From a virus (taxonomy: Duplodnaviria > Caudoviricetes), in the IMG/VR virus record IMGVR_UViG_3300013885_000001, positions 1 through 63,263 of that record: a DNA stretch of 63,263 bases. One strand, 5' to 3'. Shown here in pieces: positions 1 to 9,231 of this stretch. The notes under the pieces were generated by a model that had not been told where the DNA came from, ran no database searches, and saw only the letters and a program-made list of their open reading frames with translations. Each line of letters begins with the position of its first letter. Position 1 is the stretch's first letter. A program made the translations under genes and the position numbers.

Positions 1-79
1 CCTTAGTTTGAAATTTATAAATTGAAAGTTAGTATCATTTTATTTTTTTATTAAATTTAAGCTTTTTTATTTTTTTATT
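1..79. repeat. Terminal redundancy, left copy (circular assembly overlap)
   Basis: 1..79 is identical to 63185..63263. Confidence 0.95.
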
Positions 80-150
80 AAATTTAAGCTTTTTTATTTT
101 TTTATTAAATTTAAGCTTTTTTATTTTTTTATTGAATTTAAAACCTTTTT
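38..150. repeat. 27-bp AT-rich tandem repeat, 3 copies plus 1 degenerate copy
   Basis: Palindrome TTAAATTTAA starts at 51, 78 and 105, variant TTGAATTTAA at 132, separated by GC-T6-A-T7-A tracts. Confidence 0.9.
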
Positions 151-298
151 TATATATTTGTCTTTCTTATTATTAGACTCAAGATTTTTTCTTCTATCAA
201 TCTTCTTCATTAAACTTACAGTTATCTTTTTTTTACTTTCTATTATCCATTAGCGACAGTCATAAAATTTAAATACTATAGATACCTAAATATTAAAC

Positions 299-2467
299 AT
301 GAATAAAGACACATATGATGTAGAGCTTGTTTGGCATGGAAAACGACATAAGGAGGTAGAGACAACAAGCACCTCATTCTTTTCAGAAAAGGGTTGGGAG
401 AACAAACTGGTATGGGGTGATAACAAGCTTGTAATGTCCTCGTTGATAAAGCAAGGCTGGGTTGGGAGGATCAATTTGATTTATATTGATCCACCCTTTT
501 TCACGAACAGAAGTTATCATGCTAAGGTGAAACCTACTGATGAACCAAGGGAAGAAGGCTCTATTAATTTGAAACCAGCTTTCTCTGATGTTTGGAAAGG
601 TGGGATTGCTTCTTATCTTCAATACATGTATGAAAGATTGGTATTGATGAGGGAGTTGTTGGCTGAAAATGGTTCTATTTATGTGCATTGCTTTCATCCA
701 GAGACGCCAATATTGATGGGGGATTTCACCCTTAAGAATATCCAAGATGTACAAGCAGGAGACTTAGTTGTATCAGATACCAATAGAGTAAACAAAGTTG
801 TGAGAAAATATAGAAGACCTTATAAAGGAAAGTTGTTGGAAATCAGATATATGGGTAATGTTATCCCCCTGAAGGTTACACCTGAGCATAAGTTTTTTGC
901 CATAAAGAAAGTGTGGAGAAAGAAAATCAGAAATAAATTTAAAAATGGAATAAGCAATAATCTTCATAGTGAGTTTATAGAAAAAATTAGAGCAGATCAA
1001 TTGGAAATAGGAGACTATCTTATCATACCTATAAATGGTGAAATTACTAAGGGAAAATCTTTTATAGAGACCAAAAAATTTATTAGTGAATCTGATACAC
1101 GCTCCAAAAGCATTCCAGAGAAAATTCAAATTGATGCAAAATTCATGCGATGGATTGGGTATTATCTTGCTGAAGGTATGATAGATTATTCTGCTACTAC
1201 TGGTAATCCATCTGGTGTAAATTTTACAACGGGATTAAATGAAATTCATTTGCATGAAGAAATAATCACCTTGACTAAAGAGATATTTAAATTGGATGTT
1301 ATAAAGGTACCTCTTCCTAAATATGGAGGAATGAGGTTAAGGATATGTAGTAATCCTTTAGGTAAACTTATTGAAATTTTATGTGGAACTGGAGCAGGTA
1401 AAAAAAGGTTACATCCCCTTTTCATGACACTGCCGCCTAAATTCCAATATGAGATATTTGATGCGTGGGCTAAAGGTGATGGTTGGAATTACAAAGGACC
1501 AAGAAATGAGAATTCTACAATTGTTGGAACAGTTTCAAAAGAATTAGCATTGCAAATGTTTATAATTTTATTACGAAATCATAAAGGTCCAAGATTAGAG
1601 ATAAGTAGAAATCCCAATGTACTAAAAGATAATCATCATCTTCCTTATAGAATAGTATTGCCTCTTGGTGAAAGGAATAGCCCACGGCACTGGATAGAAG
1701 GTAGATATCTCGCTGTTCCAATTACCTCTATAAGGAAATTTGACTATGAGGGAGATGTATTCAATTTAGAGGTGGAAAACGACCACAGTTATTGTGCTGA
1801 TTTTGTAAAAGTAAGCAATTGTGATTGGCATGTAGGACATTACGTAAAAGTAATGATGGATGAGATTTTTGGGTATGAGAATTTTGTTAATGAAATTGTA
1901 TGGTGTTATACAGGTCCGAGAAAGATATCAAGAGCTTTTTCAAGAAAGCATGATATCATACTACTTTATTCCAAAACTCAAAATTATACATTTAACCAAT
2001 TGACAGTACCTCATAAAAGTGGTCTCCATGACACAGGTATAGTTGAGACTTTTGGAAGATTGAGAGGCGAACGCATTCCTCAAGAACAAATCAAGGAGTT
2101 GGAAGAGAGAGGTAAACTCTTAGAGGATTGGTGGGTAGATATTTGGGCTACAGAGAGATACAGGAGCGAATTATTGGCTTTCGACACCCAAAAACCTGAA
2201 GCTCTTTTAAAAAGAATCATCCTTGCATCCTCTAATCCAGGAGATATTGTAGCTGACTTCTTCTGTGGTTCAGGGACAACATTGGCAGTAGCAGAGAAGT
2301 TAGGGAGAAGATGGATAGGATGCGATTTATCCAAGTTTGCGATTCAGGTTACAAGAAAAAGATTATTGAATATTCATAACTCTCATGATCTGCTTAGTGA
2401 GAAGAAAACAAAGAGAAAGTATGGTAGGTTTGTGAGACTGTTCCAGATTTTGCAGTGTGGTTTATGA
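299..2467 (+). CDS. N6A/N4C DNA methyltransferase (Mod-like, beta class) interrupted by an intein
   Basis: LIYIDPPF catalytic motif, TQKPEALL, DFFCGSGTT SAM-binding motif; conserved IYVH/CDWH segment is split by an insertion. Confidence 0.9.
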   Translation: MNKDTYDVELVWHGKRHKEVETTSTSFFSEKGWENKLVWGDNKLVMSSLIKQGWVGRINLIYIDPPFFTNRSYHAKVKPTDEPREEGSINLKPAFSDVWKGGIASYLQYMYERLVLMRELLAENGSIYVHCFHPETPILMGDFTLKNIQDVQAGDLVVSDTNRVNKVVRKYRRPYKGKLLEIRYMGNVIPLKVTPEHKFFAIKKVWRKKIRNKFKNGISNNLHSEFIEKIRADQLEIGDYLIIPINGEITKGKSFIETKKFISESDTRSKSIPEKIQIDAKFMRWIGYYLAEGMIDYSATTGNPSGVNFTTGLNEIHLHEEIITLTKEIFKLDVIKVPLPKYGGMRLRICSNPLGKLIEILCGTGAGKKRLHPLFMTLPPKFQYEIFDAWAKGDGWNYKGPRNENSTIVGTVSKELALQMFIILLRNHKGPRLEISRNPNVLKDNHHLPYRIVLPLGERNSPRHWIEGRYLAVPITSIRKFDYEGDVFNLEVENDHSYCADFVKVSNCDWHVGHYVKVMMDEIFGYENFVNEIVWCYTGPRKISRAFSRKHDIILLYSKTQNYTFNQLTVPHKSGLHDTGIVETFGRLRGERIPQEQIKELEERGKLLEDWWVDIWATERYRSELLAFDTQKPEALLKRIILASSNPGDIVADFFCGSGTTLAVAEKLGRRWIGCDLSKFAIQVTRKRLLNIHNSHDLLSEKKTKRKYGRFVRLFQILQCGL
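689..1819 (+). mobile_element. Intein (377 aa) with LAGLIDADG homing endonuclease
   Basis: Starts CFHPETPILM; block B VTPEHKF; IGYYLAEG and AWAKGDG motifs; block F VFNLEVENDHSY; ends VSN followed by Cys+1. Confidence 0.9.
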
Positions 2468-2524
2468 TGTATTATAGGATGTATATTATCACTGGAGAAA
2501 TCATAAGAGACCCATAGTTATTTA

Positions 2525-2544
2525 AGAAAACTCTTAAACAATAT
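2525..2544 (+). promoter_or_regulatory. Conserved viral promoter-like motif upstream of hsdM
   Basis: AGAAAACTCTTAAACAATAT; 9 related copies in the genome. Confidence 0.75.
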
Positions 2545-2564
2545 ATGAAAGATAAGAGAATGAG

Positions 2565-4106
2565 GTGAGTAATACTATGAATAATAAACTCGATATAAAG
2601 GCACTGGAAAACTGGCTTTGGGAGGCAACATGCAAAATCAGGGGTCCTATTGACGCACCAAAATATAAAGATTACATTTTGCCTCTCATATTCTTAAAGA
2701 GACTTTCCGATGTTTTTGAAGATGAATTAGATGCACTTTCCCAGAGATATGGAAGTAAAGATATTGTTGAACAATTATTGACAAAGGATCATAGTATAGT
2801 CCGCTTCTATCTCCCTAAGGAAGCTAGGTGGGAAGAGATTGCAAAACAAACTTCAAATATTGGAGAGTATTTAACCGATGTTGTTCACATCATTGCCAAA
2901 GAGAACCCTGAGCTTTCTGGTGTAATAGATATAGTGGATTTCAATGCCACCACTGCTGCAGGGCAGAGGATTATCGATGATGAGAGGTTGAAAGCACTAA
3001 TAAATATTTTAGGAAGATACAGATTGGGATTAAAAGATGTTGAGCCAGATATCTTAGGGAGAGCTTACGAATACCTTTTAAGGAAATTTGCAGAAGGTTC
3101 TGGGCAGAGTGCGGGGGAGTTCTATACACCCAAAGAGGTAGCTGTATTGATGTCTTACATTTTAAATCCTGAACCTGGTAATGAAGTGTATGATCCTTGT
3201 TGCGGTTCTGGCGGTTTGTTGATCAAATGTTATCTACGGTTTAGAGATAAATATGGTGCTGACACCTCTATCGAGCCTCTTAGACTCTATGGACAGGAGG
3301 TTTTGTCTTCAACTTACGCTATGGCAAAGATGAACGCTTTTATTCACGATATGGAGGCAGAAATCGCTCTTGGAGACACAATGAACAAACCAGCATTTTT
3401 AACATCTGAAGGATCACTCAGAAAATTCGACTTAGTAACTGCAAATCCTATGTGGAATCAAGCATTTGCGCAATCTGTTTATGAAAACGATCCTTACAAT
3501 AGATTCGTTTTTGGTTATCCTCCATCAAACACCGCAGACTGGGGCTGGATTCAGCACATGTTTGCTTCTTTAAACGATCATGGAAAGATGGCTGTTGTGT
3601 TGGATACGGGGGCTGTTTCAAGAGGAAGCGGTAATGTAGGAAAGAATAGAGAGCGCGATATAAGAAAGGAGTTTGTTGAGAGGGATTTTATAGAAGCGGT
3701 TTTATTGCTGCCTGAAAACATGTTTTACAATACTACCGCACCGGCGATTATCATCGTTATCAATAAGGCAAAACCCATAGAGAGAAGGGGACAGATACTT
3801 CTTATAAACGCTTCAAAGCTCTATGAGAAGGGAAGACCTAAGAATTTCTTGCCTGATGAAAGCATTGAAAAGATAGCAGACATCTATTTGAACTGGCAGG
3901 AAGAGGAGGGAATAAGCAAGATCATAGCGAAGGATGAAGCCGTAAAGAGCGACTATAACTTAAGCCCTTCCCGTTATGTTGCCCAGAACGGAGAAGATGA
4001 AACGTTGCCTTTGGAGGATGCTGTTGTGCAGTTAAAAGAGGCAGAAGAAGAGAGAAAAGAGGCGGATGAAAAATTAATGGTTATTTTGAAAGAGATGGGA
4101 TTGTAA
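2565..4106 (+). CDS. hsdM: Type I RM methyltransferase subunit
   Basis: LENWLWEA N-terminus, GEFYTP, YDPCCGSGG, ANPMW, YNLSPSRY. Confidence 0.93.
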   Translation: MSNTMNNKLDIKALENWLWEATCKIRGPIDAPKYKDYILPLIFLKRLSDVFEDELDALSQRYGSKDIVEQLLTKDHSIVRFYLPKEARWEEIAKQTSNIGEYLTDVVHIIAKENPELSGVIDIVDFNATTAAGQRIIDDERLKALINILGRYRLGLKDVEPDILGRAYEYLLRKFAEGSGQSAGEFYTPKEVAVLMSYILNPEPGNEVYDPCCGSGGLLIKCYLRFRDKYGADTSIEPLRLYGQEVLSSTYAMAKMNAFIHDMEAEIALGDTMNKPAFLTSEGSLRKFDLVTANPMWNQAFAQSVYENDPYNRFVFGYPPSNTADWGWIQHMFASLNDHGKMAVVLDTGAVSRGSGNVGKNRERDIRKEFVERDFIEAVLLLPENMFYNTTAPAIIIVINKAKPIERRGQILLINASKLYEKGRPKNFLPDESIEKIADIYLNWQEEEGISKIIAKDEAVKSDYNLSPSRYVAQNGEDETLPLEDAVVQLKEAEEERKEADEKLMVILKEMGL

Positions 4107-4143
4107 TGATTAAGGACGTGATATCTAAAAGGGGTATGGCAAA

Positions 4144-5643
4144 ATGCGTATTTTATTAGACACAAATATTCTTATTCATAGAGAGGATGATAAGGTAATA
4201 TCTAATAACCTACAATCACTATTAAGAACGCTAAGTAGAATGAAAACTGAAATTCTCATACACCCATTATCTATCAATGAATTGAAACGGGATAAAGATG
4301 AAGAAAGAAAAAAAATAATAATTTCAAAAGTTCAGTCCTACTCCCTATTAGAATCTCCCCCAAATCCCAAAAATGACACTGAGTTTAAAGACAAGGTAAA
4401 TTGGAGGGAAGAGGAAAAAGATATAGAGGATAACATCCTACTATATGCTGTTTACAAAGATGCTGTAGATTTTTTAATTACAGAGGATAAAGGAATCCAT
4501 AAAAAAGCGAAAAATTTGGACATTGATAATCGTGTTTTTCTTATTGATGATGCTTGTGAAATATTTGAAAAAAGTGCACAGACACCTAAAATAACACCCC
4601 CTCCAGCATTGAGAGAGGACTCTGTCTATAATTTGGACATAAACGACCCAATATTTAACCAATTGAAAAAAGATTATCCTGAGTTCGATGATTGGATTAA
4701 GAGAATATCAAGAGAAGGCAGAAAATGTTGGGCGTATTATCGAGAAGATGATAGTATAGGTGCATTACTTATCTATAAAACTGAAGATGAGCCAATAGAT
4801 TCAAAACCTCCGTTACCAAAAAAGAAGAGGTTAAAGTTATCTACATTCATAGTTACCCATGTGGGGCATAAGATAGGAGAACTTTTTATAAAGCTATCTG
4901 TTGATTTTGCTGTTAAGAACAATATCTCAGAGATTTATTTGACCCACTTTACTGAGCCCAATGACCGATTAGTGCAATTAATCACAGAATATGGTTTTTA
5001 TAGGACGGCAGTAAATGAAAGGGGGGAAGATATTTTTGTTAAAGAATTGGTTATTCAGGGGAGATTTGAATATAAACATCCAATAGATGTTGCTAAGAGG
5101 TTCTATCCCAGCTTTTATGATGGTGCACACGTAAATAAGTTTGTAATCCCAATTCAACCTAAATATCACAACAGACTTTTTACTGATTTTTCAGAACGAC
5201 AAACAACAATTACTGAGCATGCTGGGGATTTCATAGTCGAAGGAAACACGATTAAAAAGGCGTATCTAACTCATTCAAGAATAAAAAAGATGAGAACCGG
5301 AGACATTATTTTGTTTTATCGTTCTCAAGAGCAGAGCGAGATTACTTCACTTGGAGTTATTGAATCGGTCTATACTAGAATTCAAAATCCCGACAAAATA
5401 ATAAGGCTAGTGGGTAAAAGATCTGTTTATACAATAAAAGAGATTGAAGAATTTGCTAATAAGCCAACAACTGTTATCTTATTTCTGCATCATTTTCATC
5501 TAAAGAACCCATTACATCTTGATAAATTGAAAGACATGGGAGTTCTAGCTGGGGCTCCTCAAACCGCAGTTGAGATTGATGATAATAGCTACAATAAAAT
5601 AAAAACCAGAGGTGGTATAGATGAACGTTATACTATCCATTAA
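4144..5643 (+). CDS. PIN - GNAT - PUA/EVE(ASCH)-like multidomain protein
   Basis: N-terminal LLDTNILI...FLITEDKG (PIN); central LKLSTFIV..GHKIGELFI...YGFY (GNAT); C-terminal IPIQPKYH...IKKAYL...GDIILFYRS (PUA-like). Confidence 0.8.
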   Translation: MRILLDTNILIHREDDKVISNNLQSLLRTLSRMKTEILIHPLSINELKRDKDEERKKIIISKVQSYSLLESPPNPKNDTEFKDKVNWREEEKDIEDNILLYAVYKDAVDFLITEDKGIHKKAKNLDIDNRVFLIDDACEIFEKSAQTPKITPPPALREDSVYNLDINDPIFNQLKKDYPEFDDWIKRISREGRKCWAYYREDDSIGALLIYKTEDEPIDSKPPLPKKKRLKLSTFIVTHVGHKIGELFIKLSVDFAVKNNISEIYLTHFTEPNDRLVQLITEYGFYRTAVNERGEDIFVKELVIQGRFEYKHPIDVAKRFYPSFYDGAHVNKFVIPIQPKYHNRLFTDFSERQTTITEHAGDFIVEGNTIKKAYLTHSRIKKMRTGDIILFYRSQEQSEITSLGVIESVYTRIQNPDKIIRLVGKRSVYTIKEIEEFANKPTTVILFLHHFHLKNPLHLDKLKDMGVLAGAPQTAVEIDDNSYNKIKTRGGIDERYTIH

Positions 5644-6028
5644 ACCGAAGTACGTGGAATCCATAATGAACGGTGAAAAACTATATGAATTCCGCAAAAG
5701 CATGTTTAGACGAGAAAACGTAGATAGAGCTTACATATATGCCACTTCACCAATTAAAAAAGTTGTTGGAGTTTTCATTATAGGAGGTATTATAGAAGAA
5801 CATCCAAATCGACTATGGGAGGAATGCGGCAATTATTCAGGATTAACTGAATTTGAGTTCTTCAGATATTTTAATGGAAAAAATAAGGGAGTAGCAATTG
5901 AGATAAAAGAACTAGAAAAATTCAACGAACCGTTAGAACTTACGGACATATTTCCAAATATTGTGCCACCACAATCATTCTGTTATGTAGATATGTTCGT
6001 TCCTGCCGGAGGAACAAAAGATGAATAA
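5621..6028 (+). CDS. ASCH domain protein
   Basis: ILSIKPKYVESIMNGEKLYEFRK, IYATSP, PPQSFCY. Confidence 0.88.
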   Translation: MNVILSIKPKYVESIMNGEKLYEFRKSMFRRENVDRAYIYATSPIKKVVGVFIIGGIIEEHPNRLWEECGNYSGLTEFEFFRYFNGKNKGVAIEIKELEKFNEPLELTDIFPNIVPPQSFCYVDMFVPAGGTKDE

Positions 6029-9000
6029 CGACGAACCTGAAGGATACAAAAAGACAGAACTGGGCTTATTGCCGAAGGAGTGGGAGGTTGTGAGATTAAA
6101 AGATGTGGTGACTACAAAGAAAGGTAGGAAACCAAAGACATTATCAGAAGATATTAAGAAAGATTATTTACCATACCTCACTGCAGAATATTTTAGAACA
6201 AAAAGAGCAAAACAATTTGCTTCAACAAAAAACGAATCTCTTATTACTGTTGATAAGGAAGATGTTGTTTTTATTTGGGATGGTTCTAATGCTGGTGATG
6301 TTTTTACAGGTCTGAATGGTGTACTTGCCTCTACAATGATAAAGATATCCCCAAAAAAAGAGAGCTCATTAACAAGGAAAATATTATATTACTACCTAAA
6401 AACAAAATTTTACCAGTTCAATACACAAACTACGGGCTCAACTATTCCCCACGTTAACAAAAACATGTTTGAAAATTTACTTATTCCTCTTCCTCCGCTC
6501 TCTGAACAAAAAAGGATCACTTTTGTTCTCTCTACGATACAGGAAGCAAAAGAGAAGACCGAAGACGTTATAAAAGCAGCGAAAGAACTCAAAAAATCCA
6601 TGATGAAGCATCTCTTCACTTATGGGCCTGTGCCTGTGGAAGAGGCGGAGAATGTGCCGCTCAAAGAGACGGAACTGGGCTTGTTGCCGAAAGATTGGGA
6701 GGTTGTAAGGCTGGGAGATGAAAAGTTTTTCCATATATTGGAAAGTGGAATTGATAGTTTTTCAGGTAAGAAATATTATCTTGCAACCAGCTCAATAGAG
6801 GGGCTGAAATTAATAGGAATTGAACAGGAGATAACCTTTAACAATAGACCATCAAGAGCCAATATGCAACCTGTTTTAAATAGCGTTTGGTTTGCCAGAA
6901 TGGTGGACACTCGAAAGGTTTATGCTTTTTCTGAAGATAATATTGAAGAGATAAACGGATACATTTTATCTACAGGATTTTGTGGTATTAAAACATCTCC
7001 AGAAGTAGACACAGCTTTTTTAAAATTCTATTTTTATTCAGACATCTTTAATAATCTTAAAAATTCTCTTTGCACTGGTGCTGTTCAAGTGTCATTGAAT
7101 AATACAAATGCTAAAAAATTATTAGTCCCACTTCCCTCTCTTTCTGAACAAAAGAGGATTGCCTTTGCTCTCTCTACAGTGCAAAAAGCAATAGAGAGGA
7201 CTGAAGACGTTATAAAAGCTACCAAAGAACTCAAAAAGTCCATGATGAAGCATCTTTTCACCTATGGGCCTGTGCCTATTGAAGAGGCAGAGCATGTGCC
7301 ACTCAAAGAGACGGAACTGGGCTTGTTGCCGAAGGATTGGGAGGTTGTGAGATTAAAAGATGTGGTGACTACAAAGAAAGGTAGGAAACCAAAGACATTA
7401 TCAGAAGATATTAAGAAAGATTATTTACCATACCTCACTGCAGAATATTTTAGAACAAAAAGAGCAAAACAATTTGCTTCAACAAAAAACGAATCTCTTA
7501 TTACTGTTGATAAGGAAGATGTTGTTTTTATTTGGGATGGTTCTAATGCTGGTGATGTTTTTACAGGTCTGAATGGTGTACTTGCCTCTACAATGATAAA
7601 GATATCCCCAAAAAAAGAGAGCTCATTAACAAGGAAAATATTATATTACTACCTAAAAACAAAATTTTACCAGTTCAATACACAAACTACGGGCTCAACT
7701 ATTCCCCACGTTAACAAAAACATGTTTGAAAATTTACTTATTCCTCTTCCTCCGCTCTCTGAACAAAAAAGGATCACTTTTGTTCTCTCTACGATACAGG
7801 AAGCAAAAGAGAAGACCGAAGACGTTATAAAAGCAGCGAAAGAACTCAAAAAATCCATGATGAAGCATCTCTTCACTTATGGGCCTGTGCCTGTGGAAGA
7901 GGCGGAGAATGTGCCGCTCAAAGAGACGGAACTGGGCTTGTTGCCGAAAGATTGGGAGGTTGTAAGGCTGGGAGATGAAAAGTTTTTCCATATATTGGAA
8001 AGTGGAATTGATAGTTTTTCAGGTAAGAAATATTATCTTGCAACCAGCTCAATAGAGGGGCTGAAATTAATAGGAATTGAACAGGAGATAACCTTTAACA
8101 ATAGACCATCAAGAGCCAATATGCAACCTGTTTTAAATAGCGTTTGGTTTGCCAGAATGGTGGACACTCGAAAGGTTTATGCTTTTTCTGAAGATAATAT
8201 TGAAGAGATAAACGGATACATTTTATCTACAGGATTTTGTGGTATTAAAACATCTCCAGAAGTAGACACAGCTTTTTTAAAATTCTATTTTTATTCAGAC
8301 ATCTTTAATAATCTTAAAAATTCTCTTTGCACTGGTGCTGTTCAAGTGTCATTGAATAATACAAATGCTAAAAAATTATTAGTCCCACTTCCCTCTCTTT
8401 CTGAACAAAAGAGGATTGCCTTTGCTCTCTCTACAGTGCAAAAAGCAATAGAGAGGACTGAAGACGTTATAAAAGCTACCAAAGAACTCAAAAAGTCCAT
8501 GATGAAGCATCTTTTCACCTATGGGCCTGTGCCTATTGAAGAGGCAGAGCATGTGCCACTCAAAGAGACGGAACTGGGCTTGTTGCCGAAGGATTGGGAA
8601 GTTGTGAGGCTTGGAGATAAAGGGCATTTTCAATATGGATATACTACTTCTGCTACAGAAGAAGACACAGGAACAAAATTTCTTAGGATAACAGATATAA
8701 AAGAAGATGGTGTTGTAAATTGGGACACAGTTCCTTATGGAATTATTGATGATAACCTACAAAAATTCAAGTTATTTGAAAATGATATCCTTTTTGCAAG
8801 AATAGGTGCTACCACTGGTAAAGCGTGCATAATTGAAGGAAAGATTCCAAACGCTGTTTTTGCTTCTTATCTTATAAGATTTATATCTAACAAAGAACTG
8901 AATCCAAAATATGTATTTTACTTTACTCAAACTAGAGAGTATCAGGAACTTGTTAATGCAGGAAAAGAGGGAAAATTGAAGAAAGGGCTGAGTGCTACTG

Positions 9001-9185
9001 AATTAAAAAACTTTAAAATCCCTCTTCCACCACTCTCAGAACAAAAAAAGATCGCTTCAATCCTCTCTGCTATTGATCAAAAGATCGAAGCCGAAGAGAA
9101 CAAAAAGAGGGCACTTGAAGATCTATTTAAATCGATGCTTAATAATTTAATGACTGCTAAGGTTAGGATTAGTAATGTGGATTGA
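6021..9185 (+). CDS. hsdS: Type I RM specificity subunit with five TRDs (A-B-A-B-C)
   Basis: Five LPxxWEVVRL...PLPxLSEQKxI units joined by the same coiled-coil conserved region. Confidence 0.92.
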   Translation: MNNDEPEGYKKTELGLLPKEWEVVRLKDVVTTKKGRKPKTLSEDIKKDYLPYLTAEYFRTKRAKQFASTKNESLITVDKEDVVFIWDGSNAGDVFTGLNGVLASTMIKISPKKESSLTRKILYYYLKTKFYQFNTQTTGSTIPHVNKNMFENLLIPLPPLSEQKRITFVLSTIQEAKEKTEDVIKAAKELKKSMMKHLFTYGPVPVEEAENVPLKETELGLLPKDWEVVRLGDEKFFHILESGIDSFSGKKYYLATSSIEGLKLIGIEQEITFNNRPSRANMQPVLNSVWFARMVDTRKVYAFSEDNIEEINGYILSTGFCGIKTSPEVDTAFLKFYFYSDIFNNLKNSLCTGAVQVSLNNTNAKKLLVPLPSLSEQKRIAFALSTVQKAIERTEDVIKATKELKKSMMKHLFTYGPVPIEEAEHVPLKETELGLLPKDWEVVRLKDVVTTKKGRKPKTLSEDIKKDYLPYLTAEYFRTKRAKQFASTKNESLITVDKEDVVFIWDGSNAGDVFTGLNGVLASTMIKISPKKESSLTRKILYYYLKTKFYQFNTQTTGSTIPHVNKNMFENLLIPLPPLSEQKRITFVLSTIQEAKEKTEDVIKAAKELKKSMMKHLFTYGPVPVEEAENVPLKETELGLLPKDWEVVRLGDEKFFHILESGIDSFSGKKYYLATSSIEGLKLIGIEQEITFNNRPSRANMQPVLNSVWFARMVDTRKVYAFSEDNIEEINGYILSTGFCGIKTSPEVDTAFLKFYFYSDIFNNLKNSLCTGAVQVSLNNTNAKKLLVPLPSLSEQKRIAFALSTVQKAIERTEDVIKATKELKKSMMKHLFTYGPVPIEEAEHVPLKETELGLLPKDWEVVRLGDKGHFQYGYTTSATEEDTGTKFLRITDIKEDGVVNWDTVPYGIIDDNLQKFKLFENDILFARIGATTGKACIIEGKIPNAVFASYLIRFISNKELNPKYVFYFTQTREYQELVNAGKEGKLKKGLSATELKNFKIPLPPLSEQKKIASILSAIDQKIEAEENKKRALEDLFKSMLNNLMTAKVRISNVD
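6081..8599 (+). repeat. 1257-bp in-frame tandem duplication inside hsdS
   Basis: 6081..7342 matches 7338..8599; identical shadow ORFs are offset by 1257 nt. Confidence 0.92.
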
Positions 9186-9231
9186 TTGATAATGGAAGAA
9201 AGAGAAGATTAAGTTAGGAGGAGAAGTTAGG

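Noticed and set aside
2565-9185. Complete type I restriction system
   Set aside because: No HsdR-like nuclease/helicase ORF anywhere in the genome
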